From: Spizellomyces punctatus DAOM BR117
Lineage: Eukaryota
DNA length: 64,000 bases
Direction: 5' to 3' (one strand)
NCBI GenBank assembly: GCA_000182565.2
Contig: KQ257452.1
The notes under the pieces are model-generated. The model ran no database searches. It was given only the letters and a program-made list of their open reading frames with translations, and was not told the DNA's origin. The translations under genes were made by a program, and so were the position numbers. Below are positions 12,759 to 29,512 of the stretch, piece by piece. Within the stretch, counting starts at the first letter, position 1; each line of letters opens with the position of its first letter.

Positions 12759-14216
12759 CTATGGTTCGAACATCAGGATCCTGCAAGTGCAAGCACATAA
12801 CATCGTCAACTGAAAGTTGCAATCTATAATTATGTTGCTTCATCTCTTTACGTGTACAATGAAAGCAAAGCATCTGCTACATATGATTGACGCAGCTGAG
12901 AGGAAAAGTGTAAGAAGTCCTGGTACTGGTATCTTAAACTTACTATGGGACGACTTACATCGTTTATGATATGCTCAAGCTCCTCGGACGTGGAGGAGGG
13001 TGAGGCTTGACTGTCGCGATTTAGGACCCGCACCATCCTTTGTTTGACTTGATCTTTCTATAGGAATAGGTCAATATCTGGATTGTTTATGGCGGACATC
13101 GTTTACAATGCATTACCGTTTCCGTGACCTCCGCTAATGTATACGCGTTGCCGAAAGCTTGCAAAGATGTGAACGTCCTGGCCTGGCGTAGATTGGATCC
13201 GCAAAACTAAATGACTGGGACAAGCAGGATCTTGACATGATGGAAACCTACCAGCTTATCTACAGGTGGGAATGATCCTGACACCTTCGGCTCCTGCACA
13301 TACTTGATCGCACAAACCATATCATGCGCCGCATCCAAAAACTTCAGCCATTGCGCGCTTTTGGCGGAAATGAATTCCTGCACCGTTGTCGAATCATCGA
13401 ACTGTGGCGCGCTGGTCAAACAGACATGGTCGATGATATTGAGGATAGGACCAGGTTTTTGTGCAGAGTCAATTCCATTGAGCCATGAGAACATTTTACG
13501 GATTGCTCTGGAGGGTGGAGTTATCATGACAAGGCCATATAATGCTAGAAGATAGGGATTTCGTTCTTACCCATTTACTAAGGATGCCCCTTCTCGCCAC
13601 GACGGTACGGTTGTGGGGTAAAAGATTAGTTGCACATCAGAGAAGACAAGAAACGCAGACGGTGGTAATCTGGTTTCTTCTGGTTTCGGCGGGATAAGTT
13701 TTATGACGCTGGAGTGGTCTATGATAAAGTACGTAAAAGTGGAGGGGATGGAGTCCTGATCGTCTGCATTATCTGGTCCAAATTCGGCCAGAAGGGCACG
13801 GCTGCCTTTATAGTACCCGGAAAAAAGTCGAAAGCGCTATATTATGTTTGCGATGATTAGGGCTATTATCTGCAGATCCAAACATGCCGTAGTTGTTTCT
13901 CCTAACCTGACGGGTTACGGCCGTCTCTCGTTGTGCTTTAGCATCTCCACTTTCCCTTGGAGCAAAATGTAGTTGTAATGTAGAGCCAGTCTCATCGTCT
14001 GTCCAGGCAGTACTTTCAGATATGGTCTACAAGCCGCTCTTTTGTGCTCACATATGCTTCACCTTTTACGTCTGGTAAACCAAAGCAGGCTAGACCCGCG
14101 AACAACAGCTCACAAGGAAATCGTGATGGCTCGGCACCTGAACTGCTATCGCCTTCAGTAAACACATCCAGGGCTCTTAGCCATGGCTGCGCTCTCAGAA
14201 ACAAGTTAACGTCCAT
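12759..14216 (-). CDS. Hypothetical multi-exon protein, no family recognised
   Basis: A chain of open exons (MDVNLFLRAQPW..., AIRKMFSWLNG..., KDQVKQRMVRVL..., LRQSYVADALLSLY) separated by canonical short introns; divergent from NSF; ends approximate. Confidence 0.5.
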
Positions 14217-14550
14217 GGAAGCAGCGTCTTAAACTGAGCTCCAAGCTGACGTTCATCTCGTATGGCTCCGCTTGGTGGCCGTCCGAAATGTTCGAACTTT
14301 CAAACCGCGTCTGTCATGTGATGTCATGTGCTCAGCCGTGGCGCGGGGTTTGTGGCGGGATCCGATACACCGTAAGCACACGCTTGGTTTCACCTGCTGC
14401 TGTCCATTCGCCATTAGGCTGGTTTCATCTGTGCGGAATTCTTCACGTTTCGGCGACATTGTTCACTAGATACCATTCGCCATTGAGTCTATCAAATACT
14501 GCTGTTGGGATTAGGACTCTTCCTACTTCAAAAGACTACTGACGAACGAC

Positions 14551-17543
<2,993 letters not shown>

Positions 17544-17775
17544 AGCGCAGAACAGGGGCGGGCTCAACAGGACTCGGAAATGTTTTATTCTCTTTTAAAA
17601 TGTTTGAAAATGATATACATAGATTCCATGCAGTGACTATCATGCAGTTGACTATCACGCAGGCAATCTTACAAAGAGTACTTGCAGGCCTATTGTGATC
17701 TACATAACAGAAGTGCTGCTACGACATCTAAGTATGGCTCGTCCCATCTACCTAGCCTTATATACTGGACATCTC

Positions 17776-19762
17776 CTACTGAGTGTTTCTCACGCAGTTG
17801 TACGGGAAATACCCTTCTGCGCGGGTTGTGTGGTTAAACCCTTTGGCCCAACCATCGGCAAACATTTCACTAACACACGTAGCAGAAAAGGATCAGTAAT
17901 AGAACAGCAAGAAACTTTGAGGTTATCAGCAACTCACCGAACATAAACCACGTCGTTGGGTGAGATGGTGATTTCATCACGGGCATTGTGCTCTGGCACA
18001 AACAGCACAGCGCCCACATGAGGAAGTCCTCGACGACGAGGGTCCTCATCGGAAAACGAATTCGGCTGACTTGCCACAGAAAGAGCCGAAAGGGGCCGAC
18101 TTGAATCACGAGCGGGGGCTGCCGCTACAGTCATTGGAGGAGGAGTAGCACTGATTGGAGGAATGTATGATACACGAACAGGAGCGCTACCAGGTCCACT
18201 AGCAGGCACAGGAGGCAAAGCTTTTGCGGTCTGCTGGCCATTCGCGACGCTCACGTTGAGCACGGTATGTTCTGTCTTTTCAGAGGGGATCCAAAAAGAC
18301 TTTCTTCCCGTCCTCTTCCGCTGAATAGCCATTATAGCAACTCCCGCTGCTACCAATCCTACAGCACCTCCAACGGTGCCTCCTACAATCGCACCCACAT
18401 TTGAGCTTGTACTTGATGTACTTGTGTCTTGCTTTCCCGTATTGTTGCTGTTGGGGGCAGTGCCGTTTGACGGTGTTGATACAGGGACAGGTGCCGGTGG
18501 TGGCGCTGTGCCAGATGAAATATCGCCTACAGCCAGGACATCAGTGGTCCATTTTTTCGAGTTTGTGTTGTAGAAATAGATTCTGGTGTCATTTGCATAG
18601 GATCTGCCTTCTGGCGTGCGGATATCGTAGCCTCCGTAGATGATCAGATGTTGACCGGCTCCGTGCATGACTGAATCAAAGCGGCGGGTAGGTTGGTTTA
18701 ATTCCAACATAGTAGCCTCGGTGCTGGCGGAAAGCTGTTCCCAAATCAAGGTATTTGGATCGAGAACCCACAAGTCATTGAGAGGTCCATTGCCATTGTG
18801 GCCTCCAAAAATATAAAAGCGACCATTCAATCCTATGCACGTAGTGCGCGAACGAACGGCCGGTACACCGCTGACGGAGTTGAGATTTACTTGAATCGAC
18901 AAATCGCGGTACTCTCTTGTCTCAATGTTAATTGACCGTACGATCCTGTTGACTTGCCCACTTCGAAGTCCTCCAAAGATGATAAACGTGGTCGAATTGA
19001 TCGCTGCAGCGCAAGGACTGTTGCCAAAGATGGGTAGACTTCCGGCTAGATCAATCCTGCGAGCTTGAAATGGGGATATCGTCAGATCGATGGCGACGAC
19101 TTCATCGCGATAGCCCTCTTGAATTTTAAACGATACGGAATAAGAGAAACGCAAAGAATATCAAGAAATCACCGAAAGCCTACCACTTCCGTTTCCAGCG
19201 TAAAGGTACATTGTGCTCCCCAACAAAACGGAACCAACATCCCAGCGGTCCCTAAGCGGGACTCCTCCAAGGATGATAGGAACCTGTTGAATGCCCTGCG
19301 GATTAGCAGGATCAATGACTGCCATGCTGGCAGAGAGGGCTGTATCATTGTTGCCAAGTCCGCCAACACAGTATGCTTTTTGGGCGTAGAATTGACACGC
19401 TGAGTCGGAGAGCGGGATGGTCAAGGTGGGTGCTATCACTGTAGTGTTTGGCGTGAAACCATTGTCACCGCTAATAGAGACGATTTGCCTCTGTGGACCA
19501 TTAATACGATCCTCGGTAATGTTGGCGTCTGCCACAATCAAATCAAGCTTTTTTCAGCAAGGTGCCCTCCACGAAAACAATGAATCACAGGAAACTCACT
19601 AAAGTCTTGCCAGCCGCCAATGACCATAAAACTGCGCGGTCCGCTCTGCACGATGGAATGCCCACCTCTACCAGGTAGAATGTCCACAGGACCCGCTTGG
19701 ACCAGCGCAGCGAGCACCAAAAGTGCGGCCACAAATTGAAGATACTGCCTCCCTTGGGCCAT
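17776..19762 (-). CDS. Type-I membrane protein: signal peptide, kelch/galactose-oxidase-like propeller, S/T/P stalk, TM helix, cytoplasmic SH3
   Basis: Signal peptide MAQGRQYLQFVAALLVLAALVQA; kelch blades (FYIFGG..LNDLWVLDPNTLIWE, LIIYGG); TM VGAIVGGTVGGAVGLVAAGVAIMAI followed by RKR; spliced SH3 DEITISPNDVVYVSEMFADGWAKGFN..EGYFPYNCV. Confidence 0.8.
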
Positions 19763-21327
19763 AGTCTACACACACGCACTCTCAACCGAAAGGACAAGGG
19801 GAAGCAAAGGTTGGGGGACGACGGAGCGACGGGGGGAGGCAAGATTTAAAATCACTACAAAACGAACTTTCTTTTTCTTTTTTGGTACATCGGCGGATCT
19901 CGCCGGAAACGCCCAAATTTCTTCCATTTTGAGTCAATTTCCTGCCGTTTTGCTTTGCGAATTGCGACGACGTTTTGGGGCTTTCTTGGTAAGATCTTAC
20001 AAAGACAGTTGAAATTGGGCTGAGCGTTTGCACTCCGTCTGCTGACTGGAAAGACCTCCGGAAATCTCCGTTTTCTTTTGTTAATAAGCGATTGGAAACC
20101 TGTTTCATTCCGAAACATTGGGTTTTTTCATTTGCTTTACAAGAGTGTGATTTCTTATTCTGGGGGTTGATGCTTTGGTTGCAGTGTCGGTATACTGCCA
20201 TGCAGCAACTCATGCATGGCTCCTGCATGGCTCATGTATTCACCGTGTGTCGTCGCTCAGAGTTGGGGGAAATGAGGAACTGTAGGAATTCGACGTTGCT
20301 CGTCAGCAACATTGTGGATTCTTTTTACATTGTGCAAATGTGTAAGCACTATCAGGTATACCTAGCTTTCTGTTCCAGACAGCAAGTTGCGTTCCAAATG
20401 AGAATGCAATGTTTTGCAACTTGCCACACCATGTACGGTGCAATTCCGTTCACCACGTCTGGGAGGAACAGCCGACTGGGCCCTCCAAACCCTGACAGCA
20501 TTTCTCACAACCACTCACTAGTCTATGGGCTTCCTATGTATTCTTTACCCGCTTCATAGTATTTCCTCCGCTTTTGCCTGGTCTTTTCCGAAAGATATCT
20601 CTTGTTGCTTGTTCGTGACGGCTCTTGCTCAAGGACGCCAGGGACCGGTCCCTTGCTGACTATTTCACGTCAAACCATGTTCTTTAAGTTGGGCATTTTA
20701 TATCTTGTGCCATCCATACCCATTTGATCGCACAATAGAGTCAATTCCTGTCATTGGCCGAGGGTACGGGATCTGCCATTACTCGTATACCGCTTGGTTG
20801 AAAACTGCACGAGAAAGTACCATACCAGCGCCAATCACATAGTGAACAAGACAACAAAGGCTGCTGAGGTCTACGTCTGCTGAACTTGTAGTCTGCCGAT
20901 GTCAGAAGCCAGAAAGTATGCTTTTTGAAAGTACCACCTATATGACAACATGCTTCCCTTGAATTGTGAAAGGCTTTTCTTTGATTATGCATTCTGGCTA
21001 GGCCGGATCTAACTTGTTGCAATCAGTAGCTTCCTGTTCGCAGGGTTCATAACGTCCTAGCAACTCTTCACCTGCGGATGGGCAATCCCAGCGCCCATCC
21101 TAAAAGATAGAGATGTCGCTGTGTTACGAACCACCTGGTGTCTGGCGGTTCCACTTGGACTTCATACGTAAAAAAGTATGCAACCAAAGGTCACCAGTGG
21201 GTGCAAACGTACGGATGGTCATTCATTCAATTCGTATTCATAGTGTAGGATCACTCACACCTCAGCGTATATACAAAAACTTCTATTTCTCTGCTGGCCG
21301 CGGACAAGACAGCCGGATGCTCCTCTC

Positions 21328-22550
21328 CTATTGATTCCATTGGGACGGATTCATGTTGTGCATACTCCCTCCCATGTTCTGCTGTTGTTGCATTTGCTGT
21401 ACATATTGCTGATGGGCTAGCGCTTGCTGTTGTAACGCCTGTTCGTACGAGAACTGGCCTCCACCATAAGCTACTGGCGCTTGAGTGGTCATCCCGTAGT
21501 AAGCCTGCTGTTGAGGTTGTTGTTGGAAACCTGCGAGCTGATTCTGCTCGAGGAGTTGTTGCTGATATTGCAGTTGCTGTTGTTGCTGTAGGTACATTTG
21601 CTGTTGGGCTAGCTGCTGCTGTTGAAGGAGCTGTTGTTGCTGTTGCTGCATGTATGCATTGTTCATCAAGTTGGGATTTGAATAGCCGCTGCTTTGTAAT
21701 CCTCCGACATTAGCGCTGGCTGCGGGGTTTTGGGTTTGCTGTGCGTTCGACCGCGTATTCGTGATTGAAGGGGCGATGCCAGTCAACGAGTCCACGTTGG
21801 CGAAGTTCTTTCTTTTAAGATCCACTGCTCCAGTACTTCCAGCAGCCAGATTCAGAACAACGTAAAGAGCATTTCCAACAGAGCTCCGATCTACAGTAAT
21901 TTTGTTCGTCAAGACCTGTGAATGTGGTTTAGATTAAAGTTCTCTTGAACGCTGCCAAGAAAAGTATGACTATAACATACATCAAACCAAGTGACGCTCT
22001 CCCCATGCCATCGTCCGTGTCGCGGAGGATCCTCTCGAACGAACCAAGCTACCATATTACTCGCAATAAGCTCTGGAGGCGTAAATCCTCCATTAAAACG
22101 GACCCATCCATACACGTCTACCGAGGCGTCAATGGGTTGGTTCCCACGAAGTGGGCCCGGCCGAAAGTTGTCTGTGATTCCCAAGCGCAAAAGAGCGCGC
22201 GACACAAGCTTGAGGACCGCATTCTCCGTCATGAAAAGAAGAACTGTCTCTTGACCCGGCTGTATTGTTCCACCTTGATTTTCCAGTTCAATAGCACACG
22301 GCGCAGACCATTCTACAAGAAGAAACAGAAATGAATAACCCGAACATGATAACAAAACAAGGCGAAACCTACCTCCGTTTTTTAGTCTCAATACAGCAAC
22401 GCCTTTATTTCCTCGAATGATCGCGACGCCCATAGCGCTCATGACATATGTAGGCGGAATAGCCGACTCTTGTCTTTGGTCTGTAAATGCACTCAAGGTC
22501 TTTGCTGCTTGCTGACATTCTTCCCCAGCCGTAAGCTCTCGCGATGCCAT
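21328..22550 (-). CDS. Divergent SYLF/Ysc84 actin-binding-domain protein with Q-rich tail
   Basis: EECQQAAKTLSAF..IPP..GVAII..EWSAPCAI..VLLFMTENAV resembles the Ysc84/SH3YL1 N-terminal domain; polyQ C-terminus. Confidence 0.65.
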
Positions 22551-22703
22551 TGTTGGAATGTTTGAAAGTGCATGGAAAATGTCAAGCGGAACGGGGTTAA
22601 CCCCAGCTGTAGCTGGTATTGCCAGTCATGTGATCGCACATCGAAAGCCGCCAAGCTCAGCGTTTTGGTGAAGGATCCGTTCAAAACGATTTGAAGAAAA
22701 CAA

Positions 22704-24032
22704 ATGGTTTCCGTTATACCCAACAGTAGAAGAGCGTTGAAATGGACAAGTATGTTTACTTTATCAAGAGGTTGACATGTTTTGTTTGCCGTGCTAACAT
22801 TGGAAATGTCTCGACAGACGTGTTCAAGGGAGGGCAGCAGCGTATTGCAACGTTACGGGCTCTGCCGACGTGTCATCCCGCACACTGTAGACGAAAACAT
22901 GGCCTTACCGGACCAGCACCCACGGAAGCTCCTTCTCGGCAAACTGTGCTCCACCTCCGCCGTCCCCTTGTAGCGAATGGATCTGATGTTCAACCAGAGT
23001 TTCATGCACCTACTCGCTCTGCCATGTCAGACTATATTCGTTCCGCATCTCTCATGCTGGAGACCAGCCAACAGCAACGACGTGGTATAACCTCCAAGTT
23101 CAATTTTGATACGTACAAGCTGGTCCGACAGTTGGAGCGGCAAGGCTTCACCCGAGGACAAGCTGTCGCGATAATGCGAACTATCAACGCTTTATTGGTA
23201 GATAGGTAGGTACCGACGTGCCATGGTGCGAGAGACAGCGAGTGAGAGTCATGGAGTATCTGGGAACTTATCATATTTTGTTCTCAGTACTCTCTCTATA
23301 CGATCAGATATATTGTCAAAGACGGATTTAGAGAACGTACGTGTAGTTTGCCCTGGCCTTTATTGGGAACACGAAGCTCATTCCTACCTTTCTCCAGCAA
23401 ACCTATTTATACAAGGCTCACCTTCAAGAACTTCGTAATGAGCTGCAGCTACTACGGCAAAATGACTCTGCCCAGCTTAAAGCGGATACTGAACAAATAC
23501 TGCGAGATATCGAGTCCATGAATGCAAAATTCTCGGAATTTGTAGGAAGTTTGAAAACCGATGTGTCTATGGACTTGAATAACCATAAAACGGATGGGAG
23601 GGAAGTCGGTACAGATACCGATTTGAGAATACAAGAAATTCATCACAAATTGATTGTGCGGATTAGCGATCTCAAAACCAAAATTGAGACCATGAAAGTC
23701 GAGACAACGAGGATTATAGTTTGTAAGTGGATAACTGGACACTATCTCTGCCTGTGGGCTCATTTAAAATCTCCGCTTCAACAATAGGGATGGCACTCGG
23801 CACATTTGCGGTTCTAATGTCGATTGATTGGATTTCACCTGCAGTCTTTGGTTCGGCACCAAAAGGTGGGCAGTCGTCCGATCAGCCACCTCCCCCCATT
23901 ATATCGGCCTTTCCGCACCCGCTTCGCAGCTCCCAGTCGGTACAGCAACCACCGCAACACCCTCAACCCCAGCAACCACAGCAGTCTCAACCAGGATCAA
24001 TAGATAGCTCGGGCAAAGTGTTGTCATTTTGA
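22704..24032 (+). CDS. Mitochondrial DUF1640 coiled-coil protein (CCDC90/MCUR1/Fmp32-like)
   Basis: Spliced Arg-rich presequence MVSVIPNSRRALKWTNVF; FDTYKLVRQLERQGFTRGQAVAIM; coiled coil; DLKTKIETMK followed by a C-terminal TM helix. Confidence 0.85.
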
Positions 24033-24415
24033 TTTTCTTGTACACTATGCCCAATCTTGGGTTTATAGTTTAATGATTTCATAGACATGATCCTGAAAAA
24101 CATCAACCTGCTCAAATTTCGTTGGGACGAGAGATCATTTAATCGCATCTATTGTCATTTAATGCATATAATCGCACTCGAATGCATGCTGCATCCTCAT
24201 TTGACCTCAAAGTCTCAACTCGAGTTCTTTAAAGCATTTTGGATGAGCCGTCTTGGCTGTGGTTTTTCCTTGGCAAGCCATTGGTACACCTGTTGTTGGC
24301 ACAGCGATTTTGAATAAAGTACTCCGCGACATTGCGCCTTTGGTGCGGCCCTTGTACGAGCAGTCAGTGTGTCATTGGAATCCTCCGTGCCACCACCTGA
24401 AGAACGCACGGCAAA

Positions 24416-27400
24416 ATGAGTAGCGACGACGAGAGACCGGTATTGTCGGATGAGGAAAAGGAGGGTGATCTGGATGATGAGAGAGACGCTGAGGGAGAGG
24501 ATGAGGAGCAATTGGAGAGGGACGTTTTTGGTGAAGACGACGATGAAGATGAACAGCGGGAGCCGCCGGAGGATGAAGATGAGGAGGACGAAGAAGACGA
24601 AGAAGATGATGTAGGTGTCCTACTCTTACATTCTTCCGCACGATCGAAGGGTTATCAAGATTCCTGACTTCTTGGTATAGCTTCCAAGAGCAAAAAAGCG
24701 CCGACGAAAGGCAAACCCGTTCATCGAAGAGGAGGCTGCTGTTGAGGAAGAAGATGAGGAGGAGGAAGAGGAAGAGGAGGATGGGTTTGTGGAGGCTGGA
24801 GGTACATAGACCCATGTCTGCTTGACGTTCCGGTCATGTAAGCTGATATGATGGCTCCCATTCACAGAAGAAGACCTGGATGCAATCCAAAAAGAGATGA
24901 TCGACATGCGGGCTCATCGAGAACTGGACCGTCGAAGGGAAGAAGAGGAAATGGATGCTGAAGAAATTGCAGAGCGTATGAAGGAGCGCTACGGTCGGTC
25001 AGAGTTAGGTCGGGGCAGCTACAGAGGAGATCTGGAGCATATTCCTCAAAGCATGTTAATGCCTTCCGTTGAGGATCCAAAACTTTGGCTGTGTCAATGC
25101 AGGGTATGGATTGCACGAGTCTATCACCCTCGCTTAAATGTTAACAAGTTGATGTTCCGCAGGAGGGTAAAGAGCGCGATGTGGTTTTCACCATCATGCG
25201 AAGAGCTGTCGAACGAGAAATGACCGGGAATGCCTTGCAAGTCCTTTCCGTATTTTGCCGTGACTCTCTTAAAGGATACATTTACTTGGAAGCAAGGCAA
25301 CAGGCGGCTGTACAGCAGGCATTGGAGGGTATCAACAACATATTTATAAGCAAGCTGCGACTGGTACCAGTTGACGAGATGGTGGATTGCTTAACAATCA
25401 AAAAATCCAAAGAGGTGGAATTGCGGATTGGAGGCTGGATTAGACCCAAGAAAGGAAAATATGCGGGAGATCTCGGGCAGGTCTGTCATCATAGTAAACT
25501 ATGAAAGAATGGCACACGGATACTAAACTTTCCATTACATTAGATTTTGGATATTAGAGATAACGGCGAAATGATCATCTGCAAACTTGTTCCTCGATTG
25601 GACCCAGTGAGAGATAATGCAAAGCTACCGTTCGGTCAAAAACGTAAAAAGGCAGAGCCGCGGCCCCCACCCAAGTTATTCAATCCAGCGGACTTCAAGT
25701 ATGTGATCAGAGGAGGGAGAGAATCTACATTGCTTTTCTTACAATTTTGCAACTGCTTAGGGGTGAAGTGCGCAAAGAAAAGAATTATTTTGTCTACAAT
25801 AATGAATGGTTCGACCGAAGTGGATACCTGGAGAAGAATCTCAAACTAAGCTCCCTCGTGGTTGAGAATGTTCAGCCAAAATTGGAAGAGATCAGTCAAT
25901 TTTCTGGAGGAACGATTACTGAACAGCCTGATGACTTGGAGGCGCTCGCTGCTTTAAATATCTCGAGAAAGGAGGATTTGCAAATTGGACAATCCGTGGA
26001 ACTGAAGGCGGGCGCCATGGCTGGCATTTGGGGTACCGTAGTCTCTATCCAGAAGAACAATGTTGGCGTCCAGCCTGATCCGAAGGAATTTCCAACCGTT
26101 AGTCAATAATGATTTATAGTTGCCCACTAGTCGTCACGTTAGTGCTAACTCTGATCGCTTTGACTAGTTGCCGTTGATTAGCGTTACTGCCGAAGAACTT
26201 AGAAAGCGGTTTGCGGCTGGTGACCACGTCAAGGTTATGAAGGGAATGCATAAAGACCAAACAGGCTTGATCATTACAGTCAAGGGCAATATCGCCACAT
26301 TACTTTCAGATAGTACTTTAAAGCCGGTAAGTCAACCCAGATGCGATTAGTCTCGATAGCAGTATAAGAGACGAATCTCACATATGTGTCTGGTAGATCG
26401 ATGTCTTCACCGAAGATTTGCGTACAGCAAAGGACATTGCAGGCGGAGGCGCTCGCACCAGTCCTTACGATGTTGGCGATCTTGTTTTCCTCTCGTACGT
26501 ACTTTTAGTCTTTCTCTTTTTAACATGCATGATGGAGTAACAATGTCCTTCTCAGGAATGATGCGGGTGTTGTGACTAAAGCAGAGAGGGACACCATTAC
26601 TGTCCTTACTCAATTCAATCAGATTGTCAGAGTGCAGCCTCAGCAAATTCGGAATAAGCGTGATTCGAATCGCGCTATCACAAGCGATGCTAATGGACAA
26701 TCCATATCCGCTGGTTCATCAGTGGACATCATCGATCCGGATCGTCCTGATATCAAAAAGCGTGCCACCGTGGTACATATATATCGCTCTTTCGTATTTG
26801 TCAAAGCGCGCGAGACGGTGGAGAACGAGGGATATATGGTCGTTAAATCGCATAACGTAGCGTTAGTGGGAGGAAAGCAGGGACCGGTAAGTAGTTTGCG
26901 CTTGACTGATTATCGCATCCACCGTTCCATGCTGAATACATTGTCCTCACCAAAAGAACGGGATGTATCAGAGTCCGTACCAAAACTCTTTTCCGAATCG
27001 AGGTGGCTTCGGCGGTGGTTTCCATGGCCGCGGTGGCGGCAGAGGTGGCCGTGGTCGTGGTGGACGAGACCCTCTTGTGTCGAAGACGGTGACAATAAGT
27101 GGCGGTGAATACAAAGGGTACCTCGGCATTGTCAAAGATGTGATGGATAACATGGCTCGTGTGGAGTTGCACACATCATCAAGAGTGATAAATGTCCCCA
27201 GAGGGCAGCTCTTGGTGCAAGGAGAAGCAGCGGGACGCTTTGGAAACGACTACAACAACAATAATTTCAACGGGTCATACAGTCGCTACGACAGCATCGC
27301 TACTCCCATGCATGGCTCCAAGACACCAATGTATCGCGGAGATGGTGGCTATACCCCTAGTCGCTTCCAAGATGGTGGCCGAACTCCTGCTTGGGATGCG

Positions 27401-28131
27401 GGAAGTAAGACACCCGCATATGAAGGAGGCGGTCGAACACCAGCATGGAATGCTGGAAGCAGAACTCCTGCATGGGATGCCGGAAGCAAGACGCCCGCTT
27501 ATGATGCTGGTAGCCGAACACCGGCATGGGATGCTGGTAGTAGGACACCCGCTCCTTTACGGAATAGCTCGTACGTTGTTGGCTTTTCACATTGAGAGAA
27601 CCCACTTGGCGCTAAGCATTGATATCTGTTTCTGCAGGCCTGATTATCCAACAAGTCGCATGTCATCCAACGGACAAAATGGTGGTTGGACACCAGCCGG
27701 AGCAAGTTATAATGATAGATACGATGGTGAGTGATCCGTAAGGCGGATAACAAGGAAGGCGGCGTGCTGACAAATCTTTCACTTTAGATCACCCTGCACC
27801 TGCACGTGTCGAGTGGCCAATAGCTAAAGTCGAAGTCAAACTCAAAAAGGGTGACAAGATTGGTACTATCACGGCTATCCAGAAAGCTGGTCGTTCTGCT
27901 ACCATCAAGCTCAAGGGAGGTGACACCCTCTCCAACATTTCCTTTGATGACATTGATCCCGTACGGCCGAGGAGCAAGGATGACAAGGTTATGGTGTTGG
28001 ATGGAGAGTACAAGGGTAGAACAGGAACGTTGATCAGCGCTGAGGAGGCAGATGCGATTGTCAAGTTGGCGGGAAGCCAGGATATCAGAATCTTTAACAT
28101 GGATATGATAGGCAAGTACGTGGAGGGATAA
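24416..28131 (+). CDS. SPT5: Transcription elongation factor Spt5
   Basis: Acidic N-terminus, NGN domain (PSVEDPKLW..LKGYIYLEA), KOW motifs (KGKYAGDLGQ, GEYKGYLGIVKD..ARVELH), CTR repeats. Confidence 0.97.
27374..27555 (+). repeat. Spt5 CTR: about 7 tandem 27-nt coding repeats (G(S/G)(R/K)TPA(W/Y)DA)
   Basis: GGRTPAWDAGSKTPAYEGGGRTPAWNAGSRTPAWDAGSKTPAYDAGSRTPAWDAGSRTPA is seen directly. Confidence 0.9.
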
Positions 28132-28391
28132 ACCATTCGGCTGGAAAGCGTGAAGGGAGGGATGTTGCGCGAGGCCATAGATAGCCGGTCTTCCTTTTGG
28201 AGCTGTACATAGTGAAAAAATCAATGACCCACCAAAATGGCATATCTTTCTTCCCTCGTTTGATGATAAAAGTTGGTTGCAGTAAGCGCTCGTTGAAGGC
28301 TTTCAATTCGATCAGAAAACAAACAAACATGTCATCCAGCCGATCGCAATTCTCAACAGTAAAATCTTATTACAAATCCAACATTCACCAT

Positions 28392-29512
28392 CTAACTGAT
28401 CTCCATCGCATCCCCTTCTACTACATCAACAAACTGCCTAATGTCGCTCGAGAGAGTTGCTAAGGAAAGAGAAAACACATGGATAAGCCAGCCAGTCATA
28501 ATTTAAATGACAAAGATCAAGGTACCTGTTGTCCCCCGAGGGAATTTGTAACTCTGCTCCTTGACACCACGTTCGTTGGGTTTGGAGTATCCCCGACGGT
28601 AGTCCACCGCACCCTTTGTGATGACGCAAACATCGACATTACTACCGGAACCCAGATCATTGAAAATACCAGCTGAGATGGCATCCTTGACGAGTTCCAT
28701 GGCCTCTTCACGCTGCATGAAAGAAACAATACCATTAGTGGCACGCTAGGGGCTGTGCAAGCTTTCGGGGCCTTGATTACCTCCATATCCTTCCTCCACC
28801 TCGATTCAAACACGGCCATAGCTGCTAAAGATCCACTTCCCATCGTCACAAACGGTAGCTTATCCGTACTTCCATGTGGATAGATGGTATACAGTTGGGG
28901 TCCCGTCACGTCAAAGCCGCCCAAGACCAACGCACATCCAATGTGCCCCTGGTACCTAAACAGCATTTGTTTCAACATGGTCATGGCGGTCACGACACGG
29001 GACTCGCGGCCGGTATGAAGGCGGTGGAGTTCGAGTTTAGACGATATGAGAGCGGTTGTGGCGTCACAGTCGGCAGCGGTACCAGCACCGCAGCAGTACA
29101 TGTTGGGAGCAAGGTAGTGGATCTTTTCGCAATTTTTATCAGCGACGATAGGACCTTCGGTGGCACGAGTGTCGGCCCCAAGAACGAGACCGTCCTTTTT
29201 TGCCATTGACGCGGTAAGCATTGTTCTCTCCGGGGCAAAAACATTCCTTCATAGTACAGGCGTACCTTGAACAAGCACCCACAAATTGTTGTTCCCGTTT
29301 TTGTAAACTTTGGCGCCTTGTATCCCTTGTCTTCCATCATTAGGTTACTGCAACATTGGGCACAAGATGTGTTAGTGCGAAAGCATACAACGCGCAAAAC
29401 AGTCATTCTCCTTCAGAGAAGAGACGACCGTCAACAACTATCTCAAACCTCACCGGTGGTAGTTTTCAAAATTGAACCCGCCCTTTTGGGGCTCGACCTT
29501 GTTGATTGGCAT
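28392..29512 (-). CDS. PUP1: 20S proteasome subunit beta-2 (trypsin-like)
   Basis: Propeptide [63 protein letters not shown]. Confidence 0.97.

Noticed and set aside
12897-12960. PX-like RYQYQDFLHFSSQL in the ORF track
   Set aside because: The segment lies inside a GTAAGT...CAG intron, so the resemblance is spurious.
19800-21300. Short ORFs and a GCCATGCAG/CTGCATGGC inverted repeat in a 1.5-kb gap
   Set aside because: No coherent exon chain or motif; the repeat is too short to be significant.
24372-24907. Antisense His/Leu/Ser-rich ORFs
   Set aside because: Shadow frames of the acidic Spt5 N-terminus; many other short ORFs in the track are likewise antisense shadows.
27374-27555. Regularly spaced repeats resembling a CRISPR array
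   Set aside because: They are in-frame Spt5 CTR coding repeats with no unique spacers.
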